This document shows, piece by piece, positions 26,570-40,459 of a stretch of DNA of 64,000 nucleotides. Location: positions 39,619,085 through 39,683,084 of the forward strand of contig NC_068998.1 of assembly GCF_001194135.2 (NCBI RefSeq), read 5' to 3'. Below the pieces are notes generated by a model. It was not told the origin of the DNA. It did not search any database and saw only the letters and a list, made by a program, of their open reading frames with translations. Made by a program: the position numbers and the translations under genes. The stretch's first letter is position 1; the number at the start of each line of letters is the position of its first letter. Source of the stretch: Octopus bimaculoides. Its lineage: Eukaryota.

Positions 26570-27647
26570 TAGATAGATAGATAGATAGATATAATCATAT
26601 CATCATCATCTTTTAACATCTGTTCTCCATGCCTGACATGGGTTGGATGGTTTGACAGGAGCTGACCAGCCGGAGAGCTGCCTGGGCTTCACTTGTCTGT
26701 CTTGGCATGGTTTCTACAGCTGGATGCCCTTCCTAAGGCCAACCACTTTACAAAGTGTACTGAATTCTTTTATGTAGCACTGGCACACACACATACACAC
26801 ACACACACACACAATGGGCTTCTTTCAATGTCCATCTACCAAATCCACTCACAAGGCTTTGGTCAGCTTAGGGCTATAGGAGAAGACACTTGCCAAAAGG
26901 AACAATAAAAATAAAAACAATCATTGACAAAAGATAGCACTATTAAGAACAGCATGAACTTTAAGGAGGGTTCTTGAAATATAAACTCATAAATTTAGGA
27001 ACGGATGGGGGAAATCAATTAAATGACTGCTGCTTTATTCTATTGACACTGTACAGGGAAAAAGGCAAAATTGACCATGGTAGGATTTAAGCTCAGAACA
27101 TAAGGTGCTGGAAAAATACAAGGCATTGATTTTATAACTCTAATATTGATTTTATAACTCTAATACTAATCTTCCATAGAATCATTAGAGCATTTTGAAA
27201 AATGCTTTGTGGTATTTGTTCTTACAAATATTGCCAAGATCAACTTAAGCCTTTCTTCTGAGTGTAGTTGGGTGGGGTTGATAAAATGAAATAGCAGTCA
27301 AGTACTTGGATCAATGGTATCAAAATTGCTAGCTTTACTTTTAAAACAGAAGGCATTTAAAATAAATCTTGTTATCATCTGGCAGAAAGCCACTTCCTTC
27401 TTTACTATATCTTCACTAAGTCAAGGAGTTGGGGTAGCAACTTGTGAGTTACTTGGTGACCTCACCTGTGCTGGTGCTGTGAAAAAAGCATTCAGTGTAC
27501 TCTGAGAAATGGTTAGCTTTAGGAAAGATATTCAGCCATGGAAAACATGTCAAAGTAGATACTGAAGCTCGACGCAGCCCACTGGCCTGTTGGATCCTGT
27601 CAAATTGTCTAATCCACGCTGGCATGGAAGCTAGACATAAAATTATT

Positions 27648-28008
27648 ATTAACTCGGCCTTAGTGAAGGCGGAGGTATTGTTTTCAGTCGTGTTTGTTTC
27701 TTTGTCCATAGACAAGATATCTCAAGAACCACTGGATGGATTCAGATGAAACTTACGGATGCTTGGCCTTGTAACTGACATGAACTCATTAAATTTTGGG
27801 ATTGATCTGATACCGGACAAGGATTCTGGATTATTTTACCTTTTTTTAACTTAATTTTTGAGAGCGGTCGGGTTCATTTTAAGTATTCTCATTTGTGAGA
27901 GCAGTCGAGTTCATTTCAAATATTATCATTTTAAAAATCATCTCCAGCTAATCGTTGAGAAGATGTTGGTGTTGCCTCGGCGGGGTTTTGTGCTTTCTGA
28001 GTGCTCTT
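27648..28008 (+). mobile_element. Helentron-associated non-autonomous element (HINE/DINE-1-like)
   Basis: 5' CTCGGCCTTAGTGAAGGCGGAG hairpin/subTIR followed by a GTTT-like tract; 3' CTCGGCGGGG subTIR-like motif then CTGAGTGCTC; T-rich flanks; no TSD seen. Confidence 0.6.
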
Positions 28009-28246
28009 GTTGTTGTTGTTACTATTATTATTATTACTATTATTATTATTATTGGGAAGGTGGTGAGCTGGCAGAATCGCTAGCACACCAGGCAAAATAC
28101 ATTCTGAGTTCAAATTTTGATGAGGTTGACTTTGCATTTCATCCTTTCAGGGTTGATTAAATAAGTACCAGTTACAAACTGGGGTCGATGTAATTGACTT
28201 ACTCCTCTCACCCAAGCTGCCCTTGTGGCAAAAATTTGAAATCCTC

Positions 28247-28809
28247 ATTATTATTATTGAGTGAGAGAGCAATGCATGCCATCAAAGTGACACTGGGGTA
28301 AAATATATGCAGCCCAGTAAACCCATCATGACTACCTGTCTGATAAGGGTACACCAGGCACATGCATCACAACCATATGTGCACAACATGGTGATCTCAT
28401 ATCAAGATAAACAATACATGACCTTGCAGGTGGAGCCCAGTTAGAATTTTTTTCAGGTTGAGTAGCCCAACCCACTCAAAAGGTCCCTGAATAAGGGTTG
28501 TTTAAGGGTGTTGAATGAAACACCAATGTTTCCAGAAGTGAATTATTCAAACCCCAAAGAATCACTCTCAACACATGGCTACGATACTCCCCCACTACTC
28601 CTGCTCCTGATCAGAGATGCACATATCGTCAGCCACTAAGGGACATGCTTGACTGGTTAAGGTCAAGCAACAGACAAACAAATCTGTGGTATTGGGCAGA
28701 ATATTTGCTATAGGCCATCTTTTACACCAAGACAAAACATATACAAGATAACACTTCCAATCAGTTAAGATTAGAAGACACGAGAACCAGTGCCTGGTAC
28801 TGCATCAGG
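28247..28809 (-). mobile_element. ~550-bp non-coding retroposon-like repeat with (AAT)n tail
   Basis: Minus strand runs CCTGATGCAGTACCAGG...GCTCTCTCACTC-AATAATAAT; recognised from memory as an abundant octopus repeat. Confidence 0.6.
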
Positions 28810-29195
28810 ACATTTTATTATTATCATTATGATGATGTGGGTATTTTGAAAAGTACCTCACAGCATGACCCTGCATAGTTATTGTCTGACCTTTGATGAG
28901 GCAAGCACATGTTCAGCCACCCTACTAGAGATATAGCAAAGTCATGGACTGCAGCATGGTAGAGTGTAAAGAGGTAGTGGAAGAGCTCAACCGAGTCAAT
29001 GGTACTTCTTACATTGACGCTGAATGGAAGAACATTAGAAGATCAATGACCAGGATCACTGCTTCTATAGGGGTGGCATCCATAGTAGTGTAATCAGTTA
29101 ATGAAAGATTTACTATGATTCAAGCTCCCACTTCAAATTCATAATATTAAAATTGAATGGCGATAGAGTCACGGGAATTTGCGAAAGCAGTGAAA

Positions 29196-29240
<45 letters not shown>

Positions 29241-31190
29241 GATGTAGCTAGCTGGCAGATTTGTTAGTATATGGGGGAAAATGCTTAGTGATATTTATTC
29301 TGGATCATTATGTTCTGAGCTCAAATCCTGCCAAGATCAACTTTGCCTTCCATCTTTTTAGGGTCAATAAAATAAAATTCCAGTCAAAAACTGGGATCAA
29401 TGTAATTGACTTGCTCCCTCCATTCAATACTGCTGGCCTTGAGCTAAAATTAGAAAGAATTAAGCCTAAAGCAAGAATTTTCTCCATGGAACTTGCAATG
29501 ATAAATGGCAATTTTACAGATCAAATATATAACAAACATATTTGAAATGATTTAAAAGATTATTATTATCATTGTTACTAAGGTGGGGAGCTGGCAGAGT
29601 TGATACTGTGCATGACAAAATTCTTTGCAGCGTTTCTTCTAGTCTTAAATTCTGAGTTCAAATGTTACCAACGTCAACTTTGCCTTACATCCTTTCAGGA
29701 ATGATAAAATACATATCAGTTGAGTATTGGACCCACTGTGGGTGGATAGGAGTGGGTCAATGTTACCGACTACCCCTGTCCCTACAAATTACTGGCTCTG
29801 TGCCAAAATACAAAATAATTATTATCATTATTATTATAATGTAATTCTAGAGCAGAATCAGCATGATGTACAGCGCAACAAGATTTTACCTTTAAATTAC
29901 TGGCCCATTTTATCTAACCGGCTGTTTAACACATACCTCAGACCTCTGTCATCTCCTTTGTAAAGAGATGATAGAGGACTAAGATATGTGGCATAATGCT
30001 GTACTCAAAATGATCTGCTTCCACAACAGAATCAAGATCCTAAAACCAAGGTGCCACGTAAAAAGCATTGGTGTGAGTGCTGGTGTTACATAAAAAGCAC
30101 TGGTGCTGGTGTCACATTAAAAGCATTGGTGAGGCTGCAATGTAAAAAAACACCCAGTACATTCTGTGAAGTGGTTGGAGTTAGGAAGGGCAGCCAGCTG
30201 TAGAAACCAAGCCAATATAGACTATGGAACCTGGTGCAGCCCCTAGCCTTACCAGTTCTTCTGAAGCCACCCAACCCATGCCAAGCAGACATTAAATGTT
30301 GATAATGATGATAATATTTCCATGCGGTTTCTGCTGCCCAAATTTCTCTCACAAAGTTTGGGTCAACTCAAAGTTATTTTGAAAGACTTCTGCTTCAGAT
30401 GGTGCACACTGGGATTGAACCTGTGACCCAATGATTATGAAGTGGGCTTCTTAACCACTCAATTACTCAAGCATCCCAATAATAACCAATAACAAAAACA
30501 ATAAAGATAAAAATAAAAAAATAATGATTCCATTAACCACCTTCAAAGGCAATAGATGGGAGGTGGATGACGTTCCAAGGACAAATAAGATTACATAATG
30601 AGGAAAAGGTGTGAAATTAATTTTCAACTCTTCACATTTAGTTTGTTTCGAAATTACAAAGATAATAGAGAATAGTATTGAGGACAATGTTTACTGTTGA
30701 ATTTAAATGTTACAGAGGCCACCCATCATCACTATCATCAATATAAGCCTACCATTAATCAGTATCAGCATCATCATCATCATCAACATAACCTAACCTC
30801 ACAAGAATGATGAAAGAAAAACCAATGAGAGAAACATCTGCTGTTGCTCAAACTACCAGAAATAGCAGCTGAGTCTCCCACAGATTCAAATCACAAAGCT
30901 CTGTCTTAGAATATAATACACACTGGAAAATGTGGTCCAGGATACTCTACAAATAAGCAAAAGACAGGATGGCCACGGCTGGAATACCTTTCATCATAGG
31001 TCTGCTGGGTAAGAGCTGACCTGGGGTTAAACAACAACAAAGCAAACACTATCACCATCATGACTATCACCACAGCTACCACTACCATCATCCCAAACGA
31101 TAACACCACCACAGCCATCACCATGAATCAATGAGGGATTCTCCAGATGGTAGATCAGCTTGCTAGATATAGCAACTAAATATTTCTTAA

Positions 31191-31410
31191 CCCTTTAGCA
31201 TTCAGATTACTCTGTCAAATATAATGTTTATTTATTCACATTTTTGAAAATTCAAATTGTATTGTCTTGTAGGTTAGCGATTTCACAGATGTGACTGTTT
31301 ATTTTTAAAATAACATTGCAGGGTCGGTGTGAGATGTTGGATCTGGCCAGTTTGAACATAAAACAGGTAGAATATTTGGGCCAGATATGGTTGGTCTAAA
31401 TGCTAATGGG
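31191..31410. mobile_element. piggyBac-type MITE (TTAA)
   Basis: TTAA-CCCTTTAGCATTC...GCTAATGGG; same family, opposite orientation. Confidence 0.7.
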
Positions 31411-31964
31411 ATGCCTTTAAAAATGAATGGGATGGTCACTACTGGAATGCTTTTGATCATAGGTTAGTTTGATGAAAGTTGATGTTGAGGTTCAGTGACA
31501 ATGCTACTACTACAACCAACACAACTACCACATACTAGTACCAGAGCTATTGCAATCACCATTATGACCATTACACCAGAACCGGCACTCCTTCAACCAC
31601 AACCATCAACACCATAACTGCCAACACCACCATTACCACTCCCACAACTGCCAACACCACCACTAACCATCACCACCACAACCAACACCACCTCAACCAC
31701 CGAAGTCAGTTAAATGTCTGTTATCTGAGATCTCCTGTTATACTATTGTTTTTTTAACATGTAAATAATTGAAATATTTACTGCATGGGAAAGGACAAAG
31801 GAAATACAATAACTACAATAACTAGTGGTGAATACGAAGTTGTGAATACTATGTCCTTCTGTGAAGAATGATTGGTGCATTGACAAAGTCACTCAGAGGT
31901 GGAAACAGTGATTGTGGCAGCGCTGTTCATTGCGGTCATGTTGTTAGTTGTAGTGATGGTTGTG

Positions 31965-32290
31965 AAAGCATGTGGCTTAGTGGTTAGGGGTATTCAGTTG
32001 ATGATCGTATGGTCATGAGTTCGATTCCTGGTCTAGTGTTGTGTCCTTGAGCAAGAAACTTTATTTCACATTGCTTCAGTCAGTGCAGCTGGTAAAAATG
32101 AGTAGGAACAGTATTTCAAAGGACCAGCCTTGTTGCATTCTGTTTCATGCTGAATCTCCTTCAGAACTACATTAAGGATGCATGTGTCTATAGAGTACCC
32201 AGCCACTTGCATGTTAATTTCACAAGCAGACTGTTCCATTGATTGGATCAACTGGAATCCTTATTGCCATCAACCATAGAGTGCCAGTGG
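31965..32290 (+). mobile_element. tRNA-head SINE (further family)
   Basis: GTGGCTTAGTGGTTAG...GAGTTCGATTCC head and GTCCTTGAGCAAGAAACTT core-like segment. Confidence 0.6.
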
Positions 32291-32539
32291 TGGTAGTAGT
32301 GTTGTTGTTGTTGTTTAACCTACACTTTGTTGTTCACTGAACAGACCTCGCATCAAAAGCATTCCATAATGACCACAGACACTCCAGTCTCTGGCCAATA
32401 GGTGAGCTATTTCCCCCCATTGCCTTTTCTACTGCTTTATAACAAAGAGAAAGAGAAAGAAAAACAAAGTGAGAGAACCATATATAGCTAGACACATCCT
32501 ATCTGCCAAAGAAAAGACAAGAGGGAAAGAATATGTGAC

Positions 32540-33216
32540 TAAAAGATATATGTGTATGGTTCCAATGAGGTTCCAATGGTCATGTATATTAAGTTTCCAA
32601 CAACTGTGATAGTTCTTAGAGTTGTCAGCAACAAGGGAGATCTCATGCCACCTTTTCTCAGAGAGCTTAACAGTCAATACTGTTGTCTACACAGAGTTGT
32701 TGAAGAAAGTTGTAAAGCCCTGGATAGATGGAATATGCAACAGAACCATTGGAATATACAACAAAATAGATGCAATAGATGGAATATGCCACAAGACTAT
32801 GCTATCTCATAAGGCTAGGACAACCCAAGTGTGGATGTGAGCAAATACTGATGATCATGTTCTCCCAGACAAGGCCTTCTAGGTCACAAGACCTCAATCC
32901 ACTGAACTATTATGTATGGGGAGTAGTGAAGGGAGAGGTCAATCAACACACCCCATAATACCATATAATCTTTCAAGCCTGACATATCCAAAACTGATAA
33001 CAATAATCTGATTCATGCATGTCAATTCTTCCGACCCAGTAGTGAAGCAGTTATTGATGCTAATGGTGGGTTCATTGAATAGGTGTGATAAAAGGATTCT
33101 CAATATTATTTGTACCAATTCGTTTTCAAATACAGCTTTTCTTTGGTGAGCTACGCATCTTTTTTCTAAATTCATACAAACAACCTCAAAAAACTGACCT
33201 CTAAAAATGCACCCTG
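32540..33216 (+). pseudogene. Third decayed maT-type transposase fragment
   Basis: VPMVMYIKFPTTVIVLRVVSNKGDLMPP / VKPWIDGICN and SQDLNPLNYYVWG-like motif; ends CACCCTG. Confidence 0.75.
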
Positions 33217-36200
33217 AATGTGTGTGTGTGTGTGTGTGTGTGTGTGGAGGGGTAGTTATTGAAACTGAAAGTTTATCTTGCAACTTCAGTTTTATGCTGC
33301 TGTAAACTTCAGGTTCTTACCTAAAGATTGCAATGTCATGAAATTCAGAAACTCAAGTCATGAAATAACTTATACAAAATGTGTGTGTGTGTGCATGTTT
33401 GTATACATATATCCTTTAATGAATACAGGAATTATTTGTGAACTACTTCAAATTTCATCTTCAGTTCGAGTAGAAATTGGACTTGTAAAGTATACTATGC
33501 ATATCTGGTAACCATTCAGTCACGTGCATGCATGCATGTGTGTGTGTGTGTACGTGTTTATCTTCAATGCAAGTTTGGCTAAGATTTCAACTCTTCTGTA
33601 CAGCAAGGCAGAAGCAGAGATATAAAAAAAAAAATCAATAAGTAAATGTACAATAAAGCACACTGGTTGACGATAAATAAAATATCTTAGAGAAGATACC
33701 ATAGTGGAAAAATTACTCAAAAGTGTCATCTGAAGGAAAAAAAATACTTAAGTTAACGTTGAAAATATTTAATGGCAATGTCCTTGTCAAGAACATATCA
33801 CACAAGTCAGAGTATATGAGCTGTGAAGCACTGGCCATTTTGACTCCCTAAGTAGGTAGACTGATACTCTACCCACTTCAGTAGAGCTAGTGATCAACTA
33901 TGTGTGACTAATGGAACACAAATGTTAAAATATTAATGATCCAGTTAATTGCAGGTTGTAGCTAGTGATCTCATACTGTAATTTGTGTATGCATGTGAGA
34001 GACAGTGTGTGTGTAAATATGTGCACACCCCTCTCTCACACACACACATTATGGACAGATAAATATATCTAAGCACATGCATATATACAGACTATACATA
34101 CATACACACACACACTGATGAATAAATGCTCAAATATATACACATACATGTGCATGCATGCATAAACACACATACATAACCATATACATTCATACAAATA
34201 CATACATGCATACTATATATATACACACACATATATATAACATATATACATATATATATATATACTGCATGTATATATGCATATAGATACATTCACATAA
34301 ATACACACATCTGCCTACATGCTCACACAAATACATATGTATTCATTATAAGCACACACGCACAAAAAATACAACTGCCTACATGCTCACACATATACAT
34401 AGGTATTCATTATAAACACACATGCACGCATACACACACATATATACACACATATTCATTATCATGAATCCCAAGAGAAAACATTAGGTGTGTTTCTAAC
34501 CATGTCGTTAAACCAGATTCTACAACGGAAATGGGCAAAACCCAGTGTACAAGAGAAACATTGTAACAAAGAACAAGAATTAAAAGTAAATAATGGTAAT
34601 TATAGAAGGATAATAGAAATTTACTAATAACTCTATCAATGCCAGCACAATGATTTCGGAATACACACAACTATCTTTGTTGGGTTTTTGTAGTTAACCT
34701 ATTTTTTCAGGGTTATGATAAAACAATTAGCTATTGTTTGTTTAGCTCTGGATCAGCACTGCTCAAACAGAGCTATGTGCAAAGACATTCTATCCATGAC
34801 AATCCCACTTTATTTTTCTAATCGTTTGTTTCGATTATTGAACTGCAGCATGCTGTGGTACAACTCGTTTTATTGCATGCTAACAAGAGAGCCCTTAAGT
34901 AGTCATATGAAATGCTAGAGCAAGCAGTCAAATCTCAACTCAAACCACATCTTACTAGGATTTTAGTCGGACAAATTAACCCCAGTATTTATTTTTTTAA
35001 AGTCTTCTACTTATTCTAGTGGTATTTTTTGCTGAACTCCTAAGTAACGGGGATGTAAACAAACCAACACCAATTGTCACATGATGGCTGGAGTGGGTGG
35101 AGACAGACACAAGGACACACATAGATAGACATGTGCACACAATGAGCTTCACCAAATACACTCATAAAGTATTAGTTGACCAGGAGCTATAACGAAAGAC
35201 ACTTGCTCAAGGTGCTGTGCAGTGGAAATGAACCTGAAACCATGTGCTTGGAAAACAAGCTTCTTAAGCACACATCCACGCTTGCACCTAACAGTGTACT
35301 TTATAATAATGAACTTAATGTAGATAATGCTCAGGTGCACTACAACTTGTCAGAAAGGAGTAAAAGAAGGGGCAGAAATTGTAATAAAGAAAGGCAGCAG
35401 TGATAGACCAAAGTACAGGTACAATACACAGCATAAAACACAAAATGATTTCATTATCTAACTGTCCTTTTTATTTGAAGCAATTATACTGTGCTTTAAG
35501 TGAGATTTGGTTGCTATTTCTAGCAGGTCTTATGACCACATAGGAGTCTTCTAATCGGCTCATTAAAACATGGTTCAGGTTAGATTTGATTGCTATCAGG
35601 TCAAGCGACTATATAAGGGCTCTCTCATTGGTTTGCTAAGACAGTAAGGAATAGTTTGATTTGGGATTTGACTGCTATTTCTACCATGTCAGGTAACTAC
35701 GTATGAAAGGTAGTAAGATGTGGTTTGAGTTGAAATTTGACTGCTTGCTCTAGCATATCATATGACTACTTAAGGGCTCTCTTGTTAGCATGCAATAAAA
35801 CAAGTTGAACGACTCTGACACTGATAAAGGCTATAGACAGATGGTGGAGGTGCAAACTCAACAAGCAAGACAAACATCAATACAAGGAGAAACAATGACT
35901 TCACTGTATGTAGGTTAAGACAGTATTTACATATGACATGTTGTGATATGCAATGTGTGAGCCGAAAAATGTCCAGGTTTTGTAACAGGATTAGTAACTT
36001 CAGAAAAGAATTTTGAAAGAGCAGCAGAAAATGTAAATATGGTTTTCATGTAAGAAATATATGAACTTTATTGTATAGATTATATAAATATGGTGAGTAG
36101 ATGGTAAAATTGGTGTGTATTAAACGAAATTTATTTACATCCTTTAGTTACACAGGTGTAGGTGTGGCTATGCGGTAGAAGCTTGCTTCTCAACCACATA

Positions 36201-37600
36201 CTTCCAGGTTCAGTCCCCTTGGGCAAGTGTCTTCTGCTACAGCCTTGAGCTGACTAAAACTTTTTGAGCGGACTTAGTAGATAGAAACTGAAAGATGCCT
36301 ATCGTGTATGTGTGTGTACACACACACACATATATCTGTAGAAACCTTGCCAAATCAGATTGGAGCCTGGTTCAGCCTTCTGGACTGCCAGTTCTCATCA
36401 AACCATCCAACCCATGCCAGCATAGAAAGCAGATGTTAAACAACAACGATATATACGAGTATGTGCAAGTCCCCAGCTCCACTGTTTGACAACTGATGTT
36501 GGTGTGTTTACATCCCTATAACTTAGTGGTCTGGCAAAAGAGACTGAAAGAATAAGCATCAGGCTTTAAAAAAGAAAGAACTGGGATCGATTCATTTGAC
36601 TAAAAATTCTTCAAGGCAGTGCCCCAGTATGGCCGCAGTCTAACGACTGAAACTCATAAAAGAAAGATCCTAAGATTAAATCTCACCTATGTACTATTTT
36701 GCCTTTCATCTTTCTGAGGTTGATAAAATAAGTACTGGAGTCCACGTAAGACTAGAAATTGGTGCTGCAGCTTGGACACAGTTCAACAACTGAAACTAAT
36801 AAGAGATTTAAAAGAAAAGCTATGTACAAGTTAATGAGGATGATCTAAAACTACAGAATCATATTAATCTGAGGACGTTCGACACTATGGGGATATTGGG
36901 TTAGAATTAGGATTAAGTTGGGATTACATTACAATTGCTGGTGGTAGTGGTGGTGGTGTTAAGCCCTGATCAACTAGAACTATGATCAAAGGCTCAGGAT
37001 ACACAATCTGATCAAGTCTTTTAATATAATCAAGAATACACAGACCAATGTGTCCTTTCCCCATTTTAAAGACTGTTAAGGTTTGATTTGAAGATTTAGC
37101 TGTTATTTCTAGCAGATCAATCAATCACATGGAGTTTTCTTTGTCAGCTGCTACTCCTCTACAATTGAGAGGTCACAGCTCTGGTGCTACAGATGTAATT
37201 TAAATGTTGCAAGAGAGATTCTTCAAGCCAAACCAACCTGCCTGTGATCCCAGCCTTCTTATTTTATACCGAGTACACTGTATGGTCAATTTCCAAAATG
37301 ACAATAAAGTTCTATCTTCTTGCCTGTAAACTAAAGCTTTTATCTGTTTCAAGACCTTAACTCTCACTGCATTGATTAATTTTATGCATTCTAATATGCA
37401 GGTACTGAATTGCTGATCATATGCAAATCAGTTCTTACAACCTCTTTCTACTGACCAGTAAATTAAAATGTTCATACTATGTCATATGAAATGCGAAGAA
37501 CTCCACAAAGTATGCCACAATCGAAAATAAGTAAACTTGGTTCCTGTATCTCCAGTGCACATGCATGGAACTAAGTATACTTGGTTTCTGCACAGTTGAC

Positions 37601-37839
37601 CGATAATTCTCAACCAGGGTCCTTATAAAATTTTGTTGTTAAAAATTTATGTGCAATAACTAGCTTATACTTTTATTTTATACAAAATATCTTAATTTTT
37701 TTCTATACAATTCCTAATAATATTTAATCATGAAAATATAACAGGATTTTTTTAATATACACCAAGTGGTTATAGAAGCCAAGTAGAATAAAATAGGAAT
37801 CAAAGGGGTCTATAGGCAAAAAAGGTTGAGAACCACTAG
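37601..37839. mobile_element. hAT-like MITE
   Basis: TTCTCAACC ... GGTTGAGAACCACTAG termini; homologous to 45993-46244. Confidence 0.6.
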
Positions 37840-38694
37840 GTTAGACTATCTGTATACTAAATTTTTTGTTGAACCCACTGTTAAATCCCACCACACGGAC
37901 CACATCTGTACATGGTTTACACAGCTCTCACTGGTCATTTATCTACACCTAGTTTTCTTAGTGACTACCAGGCTACTTGTGAAAGGCCTTTCTCCAAGAC
38001 ATAGTGGCTTACTCATAGTTAATAACTTCTATAATTGCCTCATTGCACATCAGTCTATGTAGCTTTTTAACTTGTATTATCTGGTCCCTCTGTCGTGCCT
38101 ACAAAGAGTAAGTAGTCCTTTCTCCCATGTATTTTTATTCAGCAGCCTCTCACATATAGCTATACCACTGAGTGTGTGCATGCATGCTCATATAATGACT
38201 GAAATATGGTGTAGGTGGAAGACAAAAGGCCAATGTGTATTGAAATTAGACTCAAAAACAACAGCACATTTGACATGTAAAAATGTATGTGTGTATATAC
38301 AAGTATGTGTGTGTCTACGTAAGTAGCCATGAACTTTGATATTTGTACGTTTTTCATAGAACTTTAATGTCTAACAATGTAGGTGGATAGTGAGTTCAAA
38401 TTAAAGGAAAGCAAAGAGAGAAAGAGAGGCAAGAAAAGAGGGGAAGAGAAATAGAGAGAGAACTGGCACCAACACAACAATGTGTCATGTACAGAAATTA
38501 GTTTACATAATCACTATCATCTCCACCACCACCACCATCATCAACAACAACAGAATTTCTATGTTGTCACTAGGTTTACAAGAAACAACAGTCAAATATA
38601 CTTCAAAACTCAATGCCTGAAAAATGGGAACCCCCCCCCCCCAAAAAAAAAAACAGAACGATATAGATACATTTCATTTTTGGATTTGGTTTGC

Positions 38695-38944
38695 AAGATT
38701 TTTTATGTGATTTCGTGTGTTGAAGCATATTCTGTTGTGTCTGGGGAGAGTCATTTTCTTACTGTGCCTTGAAATTTAACACACACACCGTTAAAATTTC
38801 CACTTATTTCTTATTTTTATTTTCCTAAAATTTTCGTTGCATCTTGCAACCTTATCAATAGTCAACTATTGATAAGGTTGCAAGACGCAACAAAAATTTT
38901 AGGAAAATAAAAATAAGAAATAAGTGGAATCTCCCCAGACACAA
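38695..38944. mobile_element. Second copy of the 24-kb fold-back family, with a different centre and deletion
   Basis: Same arm sequence; centre CAATAGTCAACTATTG; right arm internally deleted before TCTCCCCAGACACAA. Confidence 0.8.
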
Positions 38945-39490
38945 GATATAGATACATTGTTTCTGAAAACAAACGAGAAAATTGGATGGTCATGGCTAGG
39001 ATGTCTTTCATCTTAAGTTTGCTGCTTGATGAGGGGTGACCAGAGGCTACACTCTTAACCTCATCAGAAACAACAGCAACATCAATGATGCAAGCAAACA
39101 AGGCAGCTTCTATGTAGGCCTGGTAGAAACAGTAGCAAAATCACAACTTAACATCTTCAAATCGAAAGGACAGACAATACCTTGGACAATGTAAGCATAG
39201 TCCTAGGTTTACAAAAAGATGGAATGGTCAAGAATGGTCGGCTGTGTAGTCAGAGCTGACCTGGGGCTAAACCACATCAAAAAATAATGACACCAATAAC
39301 AATAACAACAGTTTCAACTTTTCATAGAGAGTTTCAGAAAATAAAAACAAAAAAAAAAAAATGCCTCTTTCCACACCTCCCCAATAATGAAACAAATGTT
39401 ACTTACTTTTGACTTGTTTCTTAAGTAACTTTGTTGGATCAACCCAGTGCTGCAAAAGGAAAAGAAAAAAATTATCATCATTATTATTAT

Positions 39491-39645
39491 TTAGAAATAA
39501 TACATTTCTAAATCTCTCAGAGAGATTTATGCAGTAGTGATACGATGAAATAGTTGTATACTGTCAACTTAATGTGACAGTCCCCTGAAGGGAATAATAC
39601 TACTGTTAGTTAGACCTAGGAAGCTGCACCGCTTCCTGTCGGCCT
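39491..39645 (+). mobile_element. Fragment of the same family as 52199-52685
   Basis: Near-identical TTAGAAATAATACATTTCTAAATCTCTCAGAGAG...GGAAGCTGCACCGCTTCCTGTCGGCCT. Confidence 0.8.
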
Positions 39646-40410
39646 GTTTTCTAAACCCGAGAAAAGTAAATGGGGGCGCAAATTTTGATTTTGCACTCCA
39701 TAAAAATTTTAGGGATTGAAAGCACACACCCTGCACTCCCAGTTCCCAGGCCTGTGGAAGAGGGAAACCAAGGAAGACATGGGATGAAATATTGAAAGCC
39801 TATCTCAAAACGCTGAACCTTACATGACAGAGGACAGAGATATGTGGTGCACTGCTGTACTCAAGAAGACACGCCCACAACAAAAGAATGCTTTTAACAT
39901 TTAAACTGACCATATCTGGTCCAAATATTCTACCTGCTTTATCTTCGAACTGGTCAGCCCCAACCGCTCACTCCAACCCAACAATGTTATTCTAAAAATA
40001 AGCAATCATCATCATCATCATTTAACGTTCATTATCCATGCTGGCATGGGTTGGACTGTTTAACCAGGGCTGGTAAGTTGAGAAGCTGCATCAGACTCCA
40101 TTCTGATTTGGCATGGTTTCTACGGCTGGATGTCCTTCCTAATGCCAACCACTCCGAGAGTGTAACAGGTGCTTGAATGTGCCACCAGCATGGGTGCCAG
40201 CTGTGCGACACCAGTATCTGCCACAACTACGGTTTCTCTTGGCTTGATGGGTCTTCTTCTCAAGCACGGCATATTACCAAGGGTCTCTCTCTCATTTGTT
40301 ATTGCTTCATATAAAAATCTCAAAGACATGAAATGATGGTCGATTAATTCAAAGTAATGTGAATAAATAATAATGTATTCATATAAATATTGAGACAATA
40401 GCATGTTTCC

Positions 40411-40457
<47 letters not shown>

Positions 40458-40459
<2 letters not shown>

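Noticed and set aside
35978-37190. Short AG...GT-bounded open segments (e.g. GLVTSEKNFERAAEN, AATPLQLRGHSSGATD)
   Set aside because: Weak donors, incompatible phases and no homology; expected by chance in AT-rich DNA.
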